DNA from: Acidobacteria bacterium UBA2999
Lineage (GTDB): Bacteria > Acidobacteriota > Vicinamibacteria > Vicinamibacterales > UBA2999
Direction of reading: 5' to 3'
NCBI GenBank assembly: GCA_002346475.1
Contig: DDZV01000015.1
Location: 47,643 to 111,642 of the forward strand
Length of the DNA stretch: 64,000 nucleotides
The notes under the pieces were generated by a model. It ran no database searches. It was not told the DNA's origin and worked only from the letters and a program-made list of their open reading frames with translations. Shown here piece by piece: positions 39,169 to 49,409 of this stretch (its first letter is position 1; the number at the start of each line of letters is the position of its first letter). Made by a program: the position numbers and the translations under genes.

Positions 39169-41073
39169 TTAGACGTCGAGCTCTTGTACTTCCAGTGCTC
39201 GGTCCATAATGAAGCGAAAACGCGCAGACGCATCTCGGCCCATTAACTCATTGAAAACACGATCGGTAACAATTCGATCGTCTATTTCAACGCGGAGTAA
39301 TCGACGTGTTTTTGGGTTCAGCGTTGTTTCCCACAGCACCTTTGGCATCATCTCTCCGAGACCTTTAAAACGAGTGATCTCTGGGTTCCCGCGCTTGTTC
39401 TGATGTTGCTTTAGGATTTGATCCCGATGCGCATCGTCTAATGCCCAGTATGTCTGGTCTCCAATATCTATGCGATAGAGTGGCGGTTGCGCGAGAAATA
39501 CCTTCCCGTCCGTTAATAGTTCCGGTAGATGACGATAAAGAAATGTTAATAACAAAGTGGCAATATGGTTCCCGTCAGAGTCAGCATCAGCAAGAATGAT
39601 CGTTTTGCCGTAACGCAAACGACTCATGTCAAAATTTTTACCGAGACCACAACCAAGAGCTGTCACTAAATCAGACAGCTCTTTGTTCTCGATGATCTTA
39701 GTGAGCGCCACACCTTCAGTATTCATAACTTTTCCACGTAACGGCAAAATAGCTTGGCGTACACGATCGCGTCCTTGCTTGGCTGATCCACCAGCAGAGT
39801 CACCTTCAACAATAAAAAGTTCGCTATCAGAACGATTCTTAGTCGTGCAGTCACTCAACTTGCCTGGCAGGTTCAATCGACCAGAAGTAGCCGTTTTACG
39901 TGTCACCTCAGCTTGGGCTGCTCGGCTTGCCTCACGGGCTCTGGCCGCAAGGATAATTCTGGCGACGATTGCCTCAGCAATAGTGCGATTGTGGTTCAGC
40001 CAATGCTCAAGGGCTTGCCGAACCGAAGAATCCACCAAGGAGAGTAGTGCAGGATTATTTAGTCGGTCCTTGGTCTGGCCCTGAAACTGAGGATCCTCTA
40101 TAAACAAACTCAATACACCAACCAAGCCTTCCCGGATATCCTCCGCAGTTAGCACTACCCCGCGCGGGGAGAGGTTGTGGGTTTCTATATAGTTACGAAT
40201 TGCCTTCCCAAGGCCTGCTCGAAAACCATTCTCATGCGTGCCTCCTGAAGCAGTAGGAATACCATTGACGTAACTGCGTACATGCTCATCCGTGGATTCA
40301 GTCCACTTCAGGACTAAGTCGAGTCGAGGTTCACTGTCACGCGAAAGCACAAATAGAGATTCGTGTACTGGCTTCGCACTTCGTTCTTGGATGATTTTTG
40401 CGAGATAGTCACTAATCCCTTCTTCGTGAACGAAAACATCTTTCGTGCCTTCCAGTTCATTCAAAAAAGTGACATGTATCCCATGATGGATATAGCTCAC
40501 AATCTCTAAGCGCTCGCGAATGATCGCTGGGTCAAATTCAATCCTTGTGAAAATCTTCGGGTCTGGCTGGAAATACACTGTCGTGCCAGTGCCACGAGCA
40601 GCGCCAACTTTCTTCAACCCGCCAGACAGTCGCCCTTGCTTAAAGCGCATTTCCCACTTTGTGCCATCTCGCTTTACTGTTGCGCGAAGCTCTTTCGACA
40701 GTGCATTTACTACACTCGCCCCCACACCGTGCAAACCACCAGAGGTCTTGTAACTACCGTGTTCAAACTTCCCCCCGGCATGCAAAACAGTGAAGATAAC
40801 TTCAAGTGCGCTCTTCTTGCTTTTAAGATGTTTGTCGACCGGTATACCGCGACCATCATCAGAAATTGTTAAGGAAGTGCCATCGGCATGCAGTTTCACA
40901 GTAATATTTTTTGCAAAACCATTCATCGCTTCGTCAACTGCGTTGTCAAGAATTTCCCAGACTAAATGGTGCAACCCAGTCATCCCGACGCCGCCAATGT
41001 ACATACCAGGACGTCTGCGAACAGGATCAAGTCCTTCAAGAACTGTTATGTCTTTTGCCGTATATTTAGCCAT
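39169..41073 (-). CDS. type IIA DNA topoisomerase subunit B (ParE/GyrB family, short form)
   Basis: GHKL block 'GLHHLVWEILDNAVDE', plus 'GGLHGVGASVVNALS'. Toprim motifs 'EGDSAGGSAKQGRDR', 'PLRGKVMN' and 'DADSDGNHI'. Confidence 0.92.
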   Translation of the reverse strand: MAKYTAKDITVLEGLDPVRRRPGMYIGGVGMTGLHHLVWEILDNAVDEAMNGFAKNITVKLHADGTSLTISDDGRGIPVDKHLKSKKSALEVIFTVLHAGGKFEHGSYKTSGGLHGVGASVVNALSKELRATVKRDGTKWEMRFKQGRLSGGLKKVGAARGTGTTVYFQPDPKIFTRIEFDPAIIRERLEIVSYIHHGIHVTFLNELEGTKDVFVHEEGISDYLAKIIQERSAKPVHESLFVLSRDSEPRLDLVLKWTESTDEHVRSYVNGIPTASGGTHENGFRAGLGKAIRNYIETHNLSPRGVVLTAEDIREGLVGVLSLFIEDPQFQGQTKDRLNNPALLSLVDSSVRQALEHWLNHNRTIAEAIVARIILAARAREASRAAQAEVTRKTATSGRLNLPGKLSDCTTKNRSDSELFIVEGDSAGGSAKQGRDRVRQAILPLRGKVMNTEGVALTKIIENKELSDLVTALGCGLGKNFDMSRLRYGKTIILADADSDGNHIATLLLTFLYRHLPELLTDGKVFLAQPPLYRIDIGDQTYWALDDAHRDQILKQHQNKRGNPEITRFKGLGEMMPKVLWETTLNPKTRRLLRVEIDDRIVTDRVFNELMGRDASARFRFIMDRALEVQELDV

Positions 41074-41108
41074 GTTCTCTAAAGAGAAATAATTGCTGTC
41101 TGTTTATC

Positions 41109-43535
41109 TTACTGATTCACGAGTGGCTCTGGAGTTTCGATTTCACTGGGAATCACACGGGTAAACTTTCCCCGTTTCGTTAGTTCATGTCCTTTTCCAC
41201 CTCGACTGGTTACTTTGTACTTAGCTGTGCTGATCGTTTGCTCAGCACCTCGATTGGTCTCAACACGAAGGATGTGCCGTTCGCCCCTTGACGCAAGAAA
41301 TCCCAGCACACGGTCTTCTTTAGCAGAAAGCTTAATCAGAATGACGCCACGACCTGGACCTGATAGATAGTTCACCTGTTCTGCAGGGCACAGTAATCCT
41401 CGGGCATTTTGTGTTGCAACTATCAGGATCTCGCTACCGCTGAGCTTTGCAACTCCAATTACTTCAGCGCCTTTTGCCGGTCTCGCAAATCGTCGACCTG
41501 CTCGTGTACTAGGTTCTACAAACAACGCAAGACTAAAACGCAACGCATAACCATCACTTGTCACAGCCACCACGTGGACCAATGGGATGTTGTTTTTGCC
41601 AACAGCTGCAAGATCTCCAGACACACGAGAATCAAGACTAAAAGCTCCAACTATGTATTCGCCGTCTCGAAGTTTAAACAACTTCTGCACCGGCTCTCCA
41701 TAACCCGTTGAGGCTGGAACATCAATAATCCTTGCTGTGTAAGCCACGCCGAAATTAGAAAAAAACACTATAGTGGCACGGGTGCTCCCCTGTAGCACGG
41801 CCAGCACAGCGTCTCCTTCTCGAAGACGAGTTGTCGATAGATCTTTCACTTCCTTCTGTCGCTTGACCCAACCATCACGTGAAACAATAACAACATTGTC
41901 TTCGTCAACAATGAAATCATCTTCAGTAAATGCTACTTCTTCTGCTTGTTCGATTAAGGTTCGGCGCTTATCAATTTTTACGCCAGCATATTGCTTCTGT
42001 ATTTGAACAATCTCGTCTCGGACAAGCTTACGACGACGTTCTTCGTCTTTTAGCAACGCATTAATTTGGCGGAGACGTTTTTTCTTGCTCGAAAGTTCTT
42101 CTTTAATAACTCGAATTTCTAATTTTGCAAGGCGATATAGCTTTAGTTCAAGAATTGCATCTGTCTGTTCAGCATCAAGACGAAACCGTTTCATGATTAC
42201 CACTGCTGCGTCTGCTTTGCCATCTGACTTTCGGATAATACGAATGATGTCATCTAGAACATCAAATACTGCAGCAAGACCATCAAGTATATGAATTCGT
42301 TTTTTGAGAGCTTCTCGTTCATGCTCAAGACGACGCGTAACAACTTCGACCCTGAAGTGTAAAAAGGATTCAAGTAAAGACCGAAGATCAAGTCGGTCAG
42401 GAACAGCTACTTCTTCGCCTTCGCTTTTGCCTTCAAGCGGCGTTAAACATGTCAGATTGACTGCAAAGTTGGTCTGCAGAGGCGTGTTCTTAAAAAGGTA
42501 TGCCATGACTATCTTCGGATCGGCTTCACGTTTAATCTCAAGTGCAATCCGGACGTCATCCGTCGACACATCCATCACGTCAACAAGTAGCGGTAGCTTA
42601 CGGGACAATACAATCTCGGCAATGCGCTCGATCAAGGCTGACTTATTTACAGCGTAGGGAATACTCGTAACATATAGAGTTCTGGCAACACGTGATATTG
42701 GACCTTCCTCCCACGTTGCACGTAAACGAATCGTGCCTGAACCAGTTTTGTAAAGCGCCTTGATTTCTTCTGGAGGATTGAGAATTTGTCCCCCTGTAGG
42801 AAAGTCTGGACCTTTAATGTACCGGCACAATTGCGCATTGGTCAGCGCAGGTTTGTCGAGTAACTTAATTAGTGCTTCGCATACCTCACCAAGGTTATGT
42901 GGCGGGATATTGGTTGCCATCCCAACAGCAATCCCAGTTGCTCCGTTGATCAGCAAATTTGGAATACGTGCAGGTAAAACAACTGGCTCTGTTTTCGTGC
43001 CGTCATAATTTGCTTGAAAATTAACAGTGTGCTGGTCAATCTCGCTAAGCATTTCATCTGAGATATGTGCTAATCGACATTCGGTATAACGCATCGCCGC
43101 TGCGCCGTCACCGTCTATCGACCCAAAGTTTCCTGAACCATCAACAAGGGGGTACCTCAATGAAAAAGACTGCGCCATTCGCACGAGAGCTTCGTACAAC
43201 GCCGCGTCTCCATGTGGGTGGTAACTACCCATTACATCCCCAACGACTTTTGCGCACTTTCTGTGTTTCGCTACAGCGCTCAGATGTTGTCGCCACATCG
43301 TGTAAAGGATCCTTCGCTGTACTGGTTTGAGACCATCACGAACGTCTGGTAACGCGCGGGAAGTAATGACCGATAGTGCGTAGTTGAGATAGCGGCTCTG
43401 TGCCGCTTCATGCAGGGCAACTGCCTCATGATCGTCCGGTGACAACTCGGAAGTTGCGTTTGGCAGGTCGAATAAAGAGGGATCGGATTTTTTAGTTGAG
43501 CGTTTAGCCGATTTTCTAGTTGAGCGTTTAGCCAA
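41109..43535 (-). CDS. type IIA DNA topoisomerase subunit A (ParC-like; no GyrA box at start of CTD)
   Basis: Motifs '[18 protein letters not shown]' and '[17 protein letters not shown]', with the catalytic Tyr in '[10 protein letters not shown]'. The TTG start at 43535 sits 5 nt after GAGG. Confidence 0.9.
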   Translation of the reverse strand: MAKRSTRKSAKRSTKKSDPSLFDLPNATSELSPDDHEAVALHEAAQSRYLNYALSVITSRALPDVRDGLKPVQRRILYTMWRQHLSAVAKHRKCAKVVGDVMGSYHPHGDAALYEALVRMAQSFSLRYPLVDGSGNFGSIDGDGAAAMRYTECRLAHISDEMLSEIDQHTVNFQANYDGTKTEPVVLPARIPNLLINGATGIAVGMATNIPPHNLGEVCEALIKLLDKPALTNAQLCRYIKGPDFPTGGQILNPPEEIKALYKTGSGTIRLRATWEEGPISRVARTLYVTSIPYAVNKSALIERIAEIVLSRKLPLLVDVMDVSTDDVRIALEIKREADPKIVMAYLFKNTPLQTNFAVNLTCLTPLEGKSEGEEVAVPDRLDLRSLLESFLHFRVEVVTRRLEHEREALKKRIHILDGLAAVFDVLDDIIRIIRKSDGKADAAVVIMKRFRLDAEQTDAILELKLYRLAKLEIRVIKEELSSKKKRLRQINALLKDEERRRKLVRDEIVQIQKQYAGVKIDKRRTLIEQAEEVAFTEDDFIVDEDNVVIVSRDGWVKRQKEVKDLSTTRLREGDAVLAVLQGSTRATIVFFSNFGVAYTARIIDVPASTGYGEPVQKLFKLRDGEYIVGAFSLDSRVSGDLAAVGKNNIPLVHVVAVTSDGYALRFSLALFVEPSTRAGRRFARPAKGAEVIGVAKLSGSEILIVATQNARGLLCPAEQVNYLSGPGRGVILIKLSAKEDRVLGFLASRGERHILRVETNRGAEQTISTAKYKVTSRGGKGHELTKRGKFTRVIPSEIETPEPLVNQ
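43486..43533 (-). repeat. 2 x 24-nt tandem duplication at the 5' end of the topoisomerase A-subunit gene
   Basis: gattttttagttgagcgtttagcc / gattttctagttgagcgtttagcc (23/24 identical). It encodes [16 protein letters not shown]. Confidence 0.9.
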
Positions 43536-43613
43536 TCTGGAACCTCAATAGCTACAAACACATCATATTATCTGACCCGCAAGACTGACATCATACCGAG
43601 AATGTATGATTGA

Positions 43614-44159
43614 ATGGAGAATGGACACTCAGGAGACTCATATATGATGGATTATGGCGCTAAGGACCTAGCTAGATCATTCCGAACAGTCCGAGCAAAT
43701 ACTGCGCAGATTGCAAATGACATCCCAGAAGATAAATACACATTCGCACCAGCAGATGGCACACAAACAGTCGGTCAATTGCTAGCGCACATTGCAATAA
43801 CGTATCGATTATTCCAAGCAATGCATCTGCAGGAAGATCCATCGAAACCTGTTGATTTTCAGAAGTTATTTGCCGAGATTGACGCTGAAGCTAAAAAACC
43901 ACGATCAAAAAACGACATTCTCGAACTGTTAAATACTGAAGGAGAAAAATGTGCAGAATGGCTTCAAACATTAAGTGACGAGTTTTTAGCCGAGCGTGTC
44001 GATATGCCCAACGGCGACCCACCATCTAAGAGTCGGCTTGAAATGCTCATGAGTATCAAAGAGCATGAAATGCACCATCGTGGACAACTTATGCTTATCG
44101 AGCGGATACTTGGCATCGTTCCACATCTGACACGCCAACGGGAGGCTGCACGTAACTGA
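43614..44159 (+). CDS. DinB-family protein
   Basis: 'LLAHIAITYRLF' and 'IKEHEMHHRGQLMLIERIL', the DinB_2-like His triad pattern. Confidence 0.7.
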   Translation: MENGHSGDSYMMDYGAKDLARSFRTVRANTAQIANDIPEDKYTFAPADGTQTVGQLLAHIAITYRLFQAMHLQEDPSKPVDFQKLFAEIDAEAKKPRSKNDILELLNTEGEKCAEWLQTLSDEFLAERVDMPNGDPPSKSRLEMLMSIKEHEMHHRGQLMLIERILGIVPHLTRQREAARN

Positions 44160-44182
44160 GCGTTTCGTTTCAAAACCTGCAC

Positions 44183-44890
44183 ATGGTTGTTTTTTCACAA
44201 AAAACACTAGCGTTTTTACGAGCTTTAAAACACCACAATGAGCGCGAATGGTTCAAGGCTCGCAAGGACGAGTATGAGGAACACGTACGGAATCCAATGC
44301 TGTTGCTCCTTGAACAACTTGCAAAAGATTTCCAACGTTTTGCACCTGACCTTGTTGCAAGCCCGCGTGTTTCATTGTTTCGTATTTATCGAGACATCCG
44401 CTTCAGTGCTGACAAATCACCACTCAAGACACAGATAGGTGCTTATTTTCCGAATCGAATACTCATGAAAAAAGGTGCCGGCCTTTATCTCGAGATCGGA
44501 CCAGACGGCGTCTGGAGTGGCGGCGGTCTTTACCGTGCTACAACTTCACAACTTCAATTTATTCGCGACCACATTGCTTGTAATCACCGGAAATTTAAAA
44601 ACATCGTTGAGTCAACGCAGTTTAAAAAAACTGTAGGCTCACTACACGGCAAAAAAAATAATCGTATTCCACGGGGATTCCATAACGATCATCCCGCAGC
44701 ACCATACTTGAAATTCAGACAATTCCTAGCAGGCTGTGCACATCCAGCTGAATTTGCCCACACGCCACAGTTTTATAAATCCACTATCACTAGCTTCCAG
44801 GCGGTCACACCATTAGTCCGATTCCTGAACGAGTCACTCTTGACACACGAATCAGACTCACTGCAAGAGACGCCTGGGTCTCTCGAGTAA
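44183..44890 (+). CDS. DUF2461 (TIGR02453) family protein
   Basis: Motifs 'LAFLRALKHHNEREWFKARKDEYEEHVRNPM', 'IYRDIRFSADKSPLK' and 'GGGLY'. Confidence 0.8.
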   Translation: MVVFSQKTLAFLRALKHHNEREWFKARKDEYEEHVRNPMLLLLEQLAKDFQRFAPDLVASPRVSLFRIYRDIRFSADKSPLKTQIGAYFPNRILMKKGAGLYLEIGPDGVWSGGGLYRATTSQLQFIRDHIACNHRKFKNIVESTQFKKTVGSLHGKKNNRIPRGFHNDHPAAPYLKFRQFLAGCAHPAEFAHTPQFYKSTITSFQAVTPLVRFLNESLLTHESDSLQETPGSLE

Positions 44891-44927
44891 ATAATGAGGC
44901 TAGCCTGCGGAACAATTAACCCAATGC

Positions 44928-46481
44928 CTAAGTTTGTTTAGCAAGTGACCCACGATCGACTTTGCCAAGGTGAGTACGAGGTAGCACCTTAAGAAAAACA
45001 ATTTTTCGTGGATATTTATAGGACTCCAAACGTGTTTTTGTAAAAGCTTGCAATTCAGCCCCAAGCTGTGTAGACGGAGCGTCAGCTACGACAAAAGCCC
45101 AGGGCTTAACGAGACCAGTATCGTTAACAACACCAACCACTGCTACTTCTCGTACAGCTGGATGAGTCAACAAACAGTTCTCCAACTCTCCTGGTGCCAA
45201 CCACTTACCATTGACTTTGAGCATGCTGTCTGCTCGACCGCAATAAACATAATTTCCATCAGATCGACGGCGCAACATGTCACCAGAAATGTACCATTCA
45301 CCTTGAAAAGCCTGCATTGTTTCCTTCGCCTGCTGCCAGTACTCGATTGCACGCGATTTGCCGCACACCCAAAGCCTGCCTACTTCGCCATCAACTACTT
45401 CAGCACCCCTATCATCACAGAGCTTGATATTGAAACCTGGCACCACCTTCCCAAGTGTGCCAGGCACTACTGCGCCAGAACGGTTGCTTAAAAATATGTG
45501 CGACATCTCAGACGATCCAAGGCCGTCGAGAAGTTCTACATTGAAAGTACTCAACCATCGTTTGTGCAACTTTAGAGGCAGGGCCTCTCCGGCTGACGTC
45601 GCAAGACGGAGACACGACAAATCCTGTAGAGCGGCTTCCTCGTGCGACACCATCTGTTGAATCATATTTGGGACACTAACAAACACTGTAGGACGGTGGC
45701 GTCGGATCTCGTCAAAGATTCTTTCAGGAGTGCAACGTTCTGGAAATAACACGCAGGAAGCACCCACAGAAAATGGAAAGAAAAGGTTTGAGCCTGTTGC
45801 ATAACCAAAATACAGTTTCGGCACTGAGATCGTAATGTCCTGTTTGTTAATGTTGAGTACATTCTGACCATATAGGTGGGTTGTTATAGCAAATGATCGA
45901 TGGGCCTGCATTACACCTTTTGGTCGTCCGGTTGTGCCACCACTAAAGGACAAGAGAGCTGGGTCATCTCGAGAAGAATCAAAACAAGTAATATCACCTG
46001 TTGACATCTCTAGCTCAGACGAGAACTCAGAAGCACCAACCCCATAAAGCTTGGGCAAACGTGCACATCGGGATGTGGCAGCACGGAATAATTCAAAACG
46101 GTTGGCCGGCACGAAAGCTGCTGCTGGCTGAACATAGTCAAAAAAGTAGCTAAGCAGATCTTTTGGAGCATCTGGGTTAACTAGAACTGCTATTGAACCA
46201 AGCCGCAAGACGCCAAAAAGTGCGCCAACAAAATCAGGCGTGTCTGGTAATACAACAATCACACGTTCCTTTGGTTTGATATTGTCTCTTGCAAGGATCC
46301 GAGCGTAATTTTCAGATAATGTCTTTACCTCTGAAAAATTCAGTATGCTGGTCGCAGTTCGAATGGCTGCTCTGGCTCCATGGCCTTCGGTGATTCTCGC
46401 GTCGAGAAGGTAACTACACAGATTGAGTCGTTCGGGAAGTTCAGTTTTTAATGTAGGGGTCGATTGCTGGATCTTCATCAC
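44928..46481 (-). CDS. benzoate-CoA-ligase-family aryl-CoA ligase (2-aminobenzoate / hydroxybenzoate type)
   Basis: AMP-binding motif 'FSGGTTGRPKGV' plus the family-specific 'PKLYFGYATGSNLFFPF'. 517 aa. Confidence 0.85.
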   Translation of the reverse strand: MMKIQQSTPTLKTELPERLNLCSYLLDARITEGHGARAAIRTATSILNFSEVKTLSENYARILARDNIKPKERVIVVLPDTPDFVGALFGVLRLGSIAVLVNPDAPKDLLSYFFDYVQPAAAFVPANRFELFRAATSRCARLPKLYGVGASEFSSELEMSTGDITCFDSSRDDPALLSFSGGTTGRPKGVMQAHRSFAITTHLYGQNVLNINKQDITISVPKLYFGYATGSNLFFPFSVGASCVLFPERCTPERIFDEIRRHRPTVFVSVPNMIQQMVSHEEAALQDLSCLRLATSAGEALPLKLHKRWLSTFNVELLDGLGSSEMSHIFLSNRSGAVVPGTLGKVVPGFNIKLCDDRGAEVVDGEVGRLWVCGKSRAIEYWQQAKETMQAFQGEWYISGDMLRRRSDGNYVYCGRADSMLKVNGKWLAPGELENCLLTHPAVREVAVVGVVNDTGLVKPWAFVVADAPSTQLGAELQAFTKTRLESYKYPRKIVFLKVLPRTHLGKVDRGSLAKQT

Positions 46482-46569
46482 ATTCTCCGAACTATATCCG
46501 TGTGCTACACGAAGGGTATCGTGACAGACTTAGCAAGTGCTCAAGTAGCTTAAACTCGAATAGCAAATT

Positions 46570-47382
46570 ATGTCAGTCTTTACAGAACCAACCCCTGATT
46601 TGCTCCGAGGCCGCACAGCCGTTGTTACGGGCGGGGGTCGTGGAATTGGTGCTGCGGTAGCAAATCGGCTCGCAACCGCGGGCGCAGTAGTCCTTGTTTC
46701 ATCAAAAACAGCAGCCCATGCTAAAAAGACAGCAGCCCGTCTCCGCGCAGCTGGACATACTGCACATGCAACTCCCTGCGATGTCTCAAAACACGAGGAT
46801 GTTGAAGCACTCCAGACAACCGCAACCTCCTTACTGGGGAAGGTTGATGTTTTAGTAAACAATGCTGGCGTGGCATTTTCAGCACCCTTCCTTCAAACTG
46901 ACTTTGATGATTTTTCGAAAACCATGTCAGTCAATACGACTGGCACATTTCTTTGCCTTAAAACCTTTCTCCCAGAGATGCTCAAAACTGGTTGGGGACG
47001 AGTAATTAATATCGCATCCATAGCAGGGCTCTCTGCAGGTCCTTATATATCTGCATATGCGACTTCAAAACACGCCGTTGTAGGTCTGACCAAAGCTGTA
47101 GCAACTGAAGTTGTCTTAACGGGTGTAACAGTTAACGCGCTCTGTCCTGGATACGTTAAAACAGACATGACCAAAAGAGCTATCAAGCACATTATGCACA
47201 CCACTGGACTTACAGAACCGGAGGCACTCAATGCGATGCTGAAAACTGCAACGCAAGACCGGCTGGTTGAGCCGGAAGAAGTAGCGGATGCCGTAGTTTT
47301 TCTCTGTAGAGAAGATTCAAAGGATATTAACGGTTCGACACTGGTTATTGACGGAGGAGTAGGTGGACGCAAGTATGCTTAA
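46570..47382 (+). CDS. SDR-family dehydrogenase (3-hydroxyacyl-CoA-dehydrogenase-like)
   Basis: Motifs 'VTGGGRGIGAAVA', 'NNAG' and 'YATSKHAVVGLT'. Confidence 0.85.
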   Translation: MSVFTEPTPDLLRGRTAVVTGGGRGIGAAVANRLATAGAVVLVSSKTAAHAKKTAARLRAAGHTAHATPCDVSKHEDVEALQTTATSLLGKVDVLVNNAGVAFSAPFLQTDFDDFSKTMSVNTTGTFLCLKTFLPEMLKTGWGRVINIASIAGLSAGPYISAYATSKHAVVGLTKAVATEVVLTGVTVNALCPGYVKTDMTKRAIKHIMHTTGLTEPEALNAMLKTATQDRLVEPEEVADAVVFLCREDSKDINGSTLVIDGGVGGRKYA

Positions 47383-47421
47383 TGTTATAAAACCAGCATT
47401 GTTTAGTATGGCAACAGTTGC

Positions 47422-48222
47422 ATGATCAAACCAACTTCCTTCTTGCTTGAACACAACCCCGAGTCTGGCATAGCAATAATCACCCTCAACAGACCCGAGC
47501 GTCTTAATGCGCTTACGTTCGAGGTATATACAGAATTACGCGATACATTCCGTTCACTTGAAACAGCTGCACATATTCGCACCATTATCATCACTGGAAC
47601 TGGAAAAGCCTTTTGCTCTGGTGGAGATGTCCACGAGATCATTGGAGATCTTGTGAACAGTGATGCGAAAGAACTCTTAGAATTTAACCAACTCACCTGT
47701 GATCTTGTGCGTGCAATTTTTGAGTACCCACATCCAGTTATTGGTGCTCTTAATGGGACTACCGCGGGTGCAGGTGCAGTGATTGCAACCGCCTGCGACA
47801 TTAGGATTGCTGTACCCTCAGCGCGTATTGCATTTCTCTTTACGAAAGTTGGTCTGTCTGGTGCAGACATGGGTGCAGCCTGGCTCCTTCCGCGTCTTGT
47901 TGGGCTTGGTCGGGCCACAGAGTTACTGCTAACTGGAGACTTTATTAGTGCAGGTGAAGCCTACCGCATTGGTCTTTACAATCGCCTTGTAGCTAATGAC
48001 GAAAACGTGGTCGATGCAGCTAGCAGCTTGGCCACAGCCCTCACAAAAGCTCCCACCACGGCATTGCGTGAAACGAAAAAGGCCTTGCACCGAGAATTGT
48101 CTGTGGATTTTTCGACTGCACTTGATCAAGAAGCAAAGCTTCAGGCCTTGTTAATGAAACACCCAGATTTTCGGGAAGCTTACAACGCTTTTGTGACTAA
48201 ACGCCCTCCGAGGTTCTCGTGA
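47422..48222 (+). CDS. enoyl-CoA hydratase/isomerase family protein
   Basis: Motifs 'ITLNRPERLNAL', 'GKAFCSGGDV' and 'ALNGTTAGAGA'. Confidence 0.88.
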   Translation: MIKPTSFLLEHNPESGIAIITLNRPERLNALTFEVYTELRDTFRSLETAAHIRTIIITGTGKAFCSGGDVHEIIGDLVNSDAKELLEFNQLTCDLVRAIFEYPHPVIGALNGTTAGAGAVIATACDIRIAVPSARIAFLFTKVGLSGADMGAAWLLPRLVGLGRATELLLTGDFISAGEAYRIGLYNRLVANDENVVDAASSLATALTKAPTTALRETKKALHRELSVDFSTALDQEAKLQALLMKHPDFREAYNAFVTKRPPRFS

Positions 48223-49409
48223 AGCGTCCTGGTATTGACCGGCTGTCGAGTATCGAACCGGTGGCAGCCTTCCTCGAACCGTCTCACTCGGAACTAGCAA
48301 AACAGGTTGGATCATTCTGTAAACACGAGTTATTAAATGAAACTGAACCACAATCAGACAAAGAGGCGCGAACCGTCGCACGCAAGTGGCTAAAACTTGT
48401 CGGTGGCAAAGGCGTGCTTAGCCCACTAGCCTTAGAAGATCTGCGTGGGTTCTGTCTAACACGTGAAGCAATTGCCTCCTATAGCCCACTCGTTGATGCC
48501 GTCGTGGCCATTCAGGCCCTAGTCGCTACATCATTACAACTTGCTGGATCTAAAAAGCAGCAAGCATTGTGGCTGGATGGAATCGTTACAGGACAGATCA
48601 TGGCAGCCTTTGCAATGACCGAACCGGAAGCAGGTTCTGACGTGGCTGCTATCAGCACGACCGCGACTAAAGACACTAACGGTTGGGTGCTTAATGGGCA
48701 GAAACACTTGATTTCAAATGCCGGCATCGCAGATCTCTACTTAGTGTTTGCCGCCACATCGCTAAAGGCTGGTAGCCGTGGACTCAGTGCCTTTCTAGTA
48801 CCGAGTAATACGCAAGGACTTGTCTACACGGGGACACAGATTGCTGCTGCTGGACACCCGCTTGGACAGATCAGCCTCGACGATTGTTCCGTGCCCTCTG
48901 ATGCACTCTTAGGATCTCTGAATGGCGGTTTTAAACTTGGCATGATGACTCTTGACCGGCTTCGCCCTTCCGTTGGTGCGGCCGCATGTGGCATGGCCTC
49001 CAGGGCTCTTGTCGAAAGCTTGCAACACGTAACTTCGAGACGCCAGTTTGGTGAACCCCTTGAGAGATTTCAGCTTATTCGAGAGAAGATTGGACGCATG
49101 TCTACGCTCCTCGAAGCAGCACGTTTGCTCGTTTACCGAGCGGCATGGTGTCATGATCAGGGGAAGCGCATTACTCTCGAATCAGCAATGGCTAAGAGTT
49201 TCTCTACAGAAGCAGCGCAATCAATCATTGATGAAGGTCTACAAATTGCTGGTGGCTTAGGGGTAGTTGTTGGTCACCCGCTTGAACGTCTGTATCGGGC
49301 AGTCCGAGCGTTACGGATCTACGAAGGCACAACAGAGATTCAGCGCCTGATTGTTGCAGGGGAACTCTTAGGAAGCCAGCCGTTGGGAAACCGGGACAAA
49401 CAATCTTAA
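48219..49409 (+). CDS. acyl-CoA dehydrogenase
   Basis: Motifs 'AMTEPEAGSDV' and 'IYEGTTEIQRL'. The start overlaps the upstream gene by 4 nt. Confidence 0.88.
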   Translation: MKRPGIDRLSSIEPVAAFLEPSHSELAKQVGSFCKHELLNETEPQSDKEARTVARKWLKLVGGKGVLSPLALEDLRGFCLTREAIASYSPLVDAVVAIQALVATSLQLAGSKKQQALWLDGIVTGQIMAAFAMTEPEAGSDVAAISTTATKDTNGWVLNGQKHLISNAGIADLYLVFAATSLKAGSRGLSAFLVPSNTQGLVYTGTQIAAAGHPLGQISLDDCSVPSDALLGSLNGGFKLGMMTLDRLRPSVGAAACGMASRALVESLQHVTSRRQFGEPLERFQLIREKIGRMSTLLEAARLLVYRAAWCHDQGKRITLESAMAKSFSTEAAQSIIDEGLQIAGGLGVVVGHPLERLYRAVRALRIYEGTTEIQRLIVAGELLGSQPLGNRDKQS

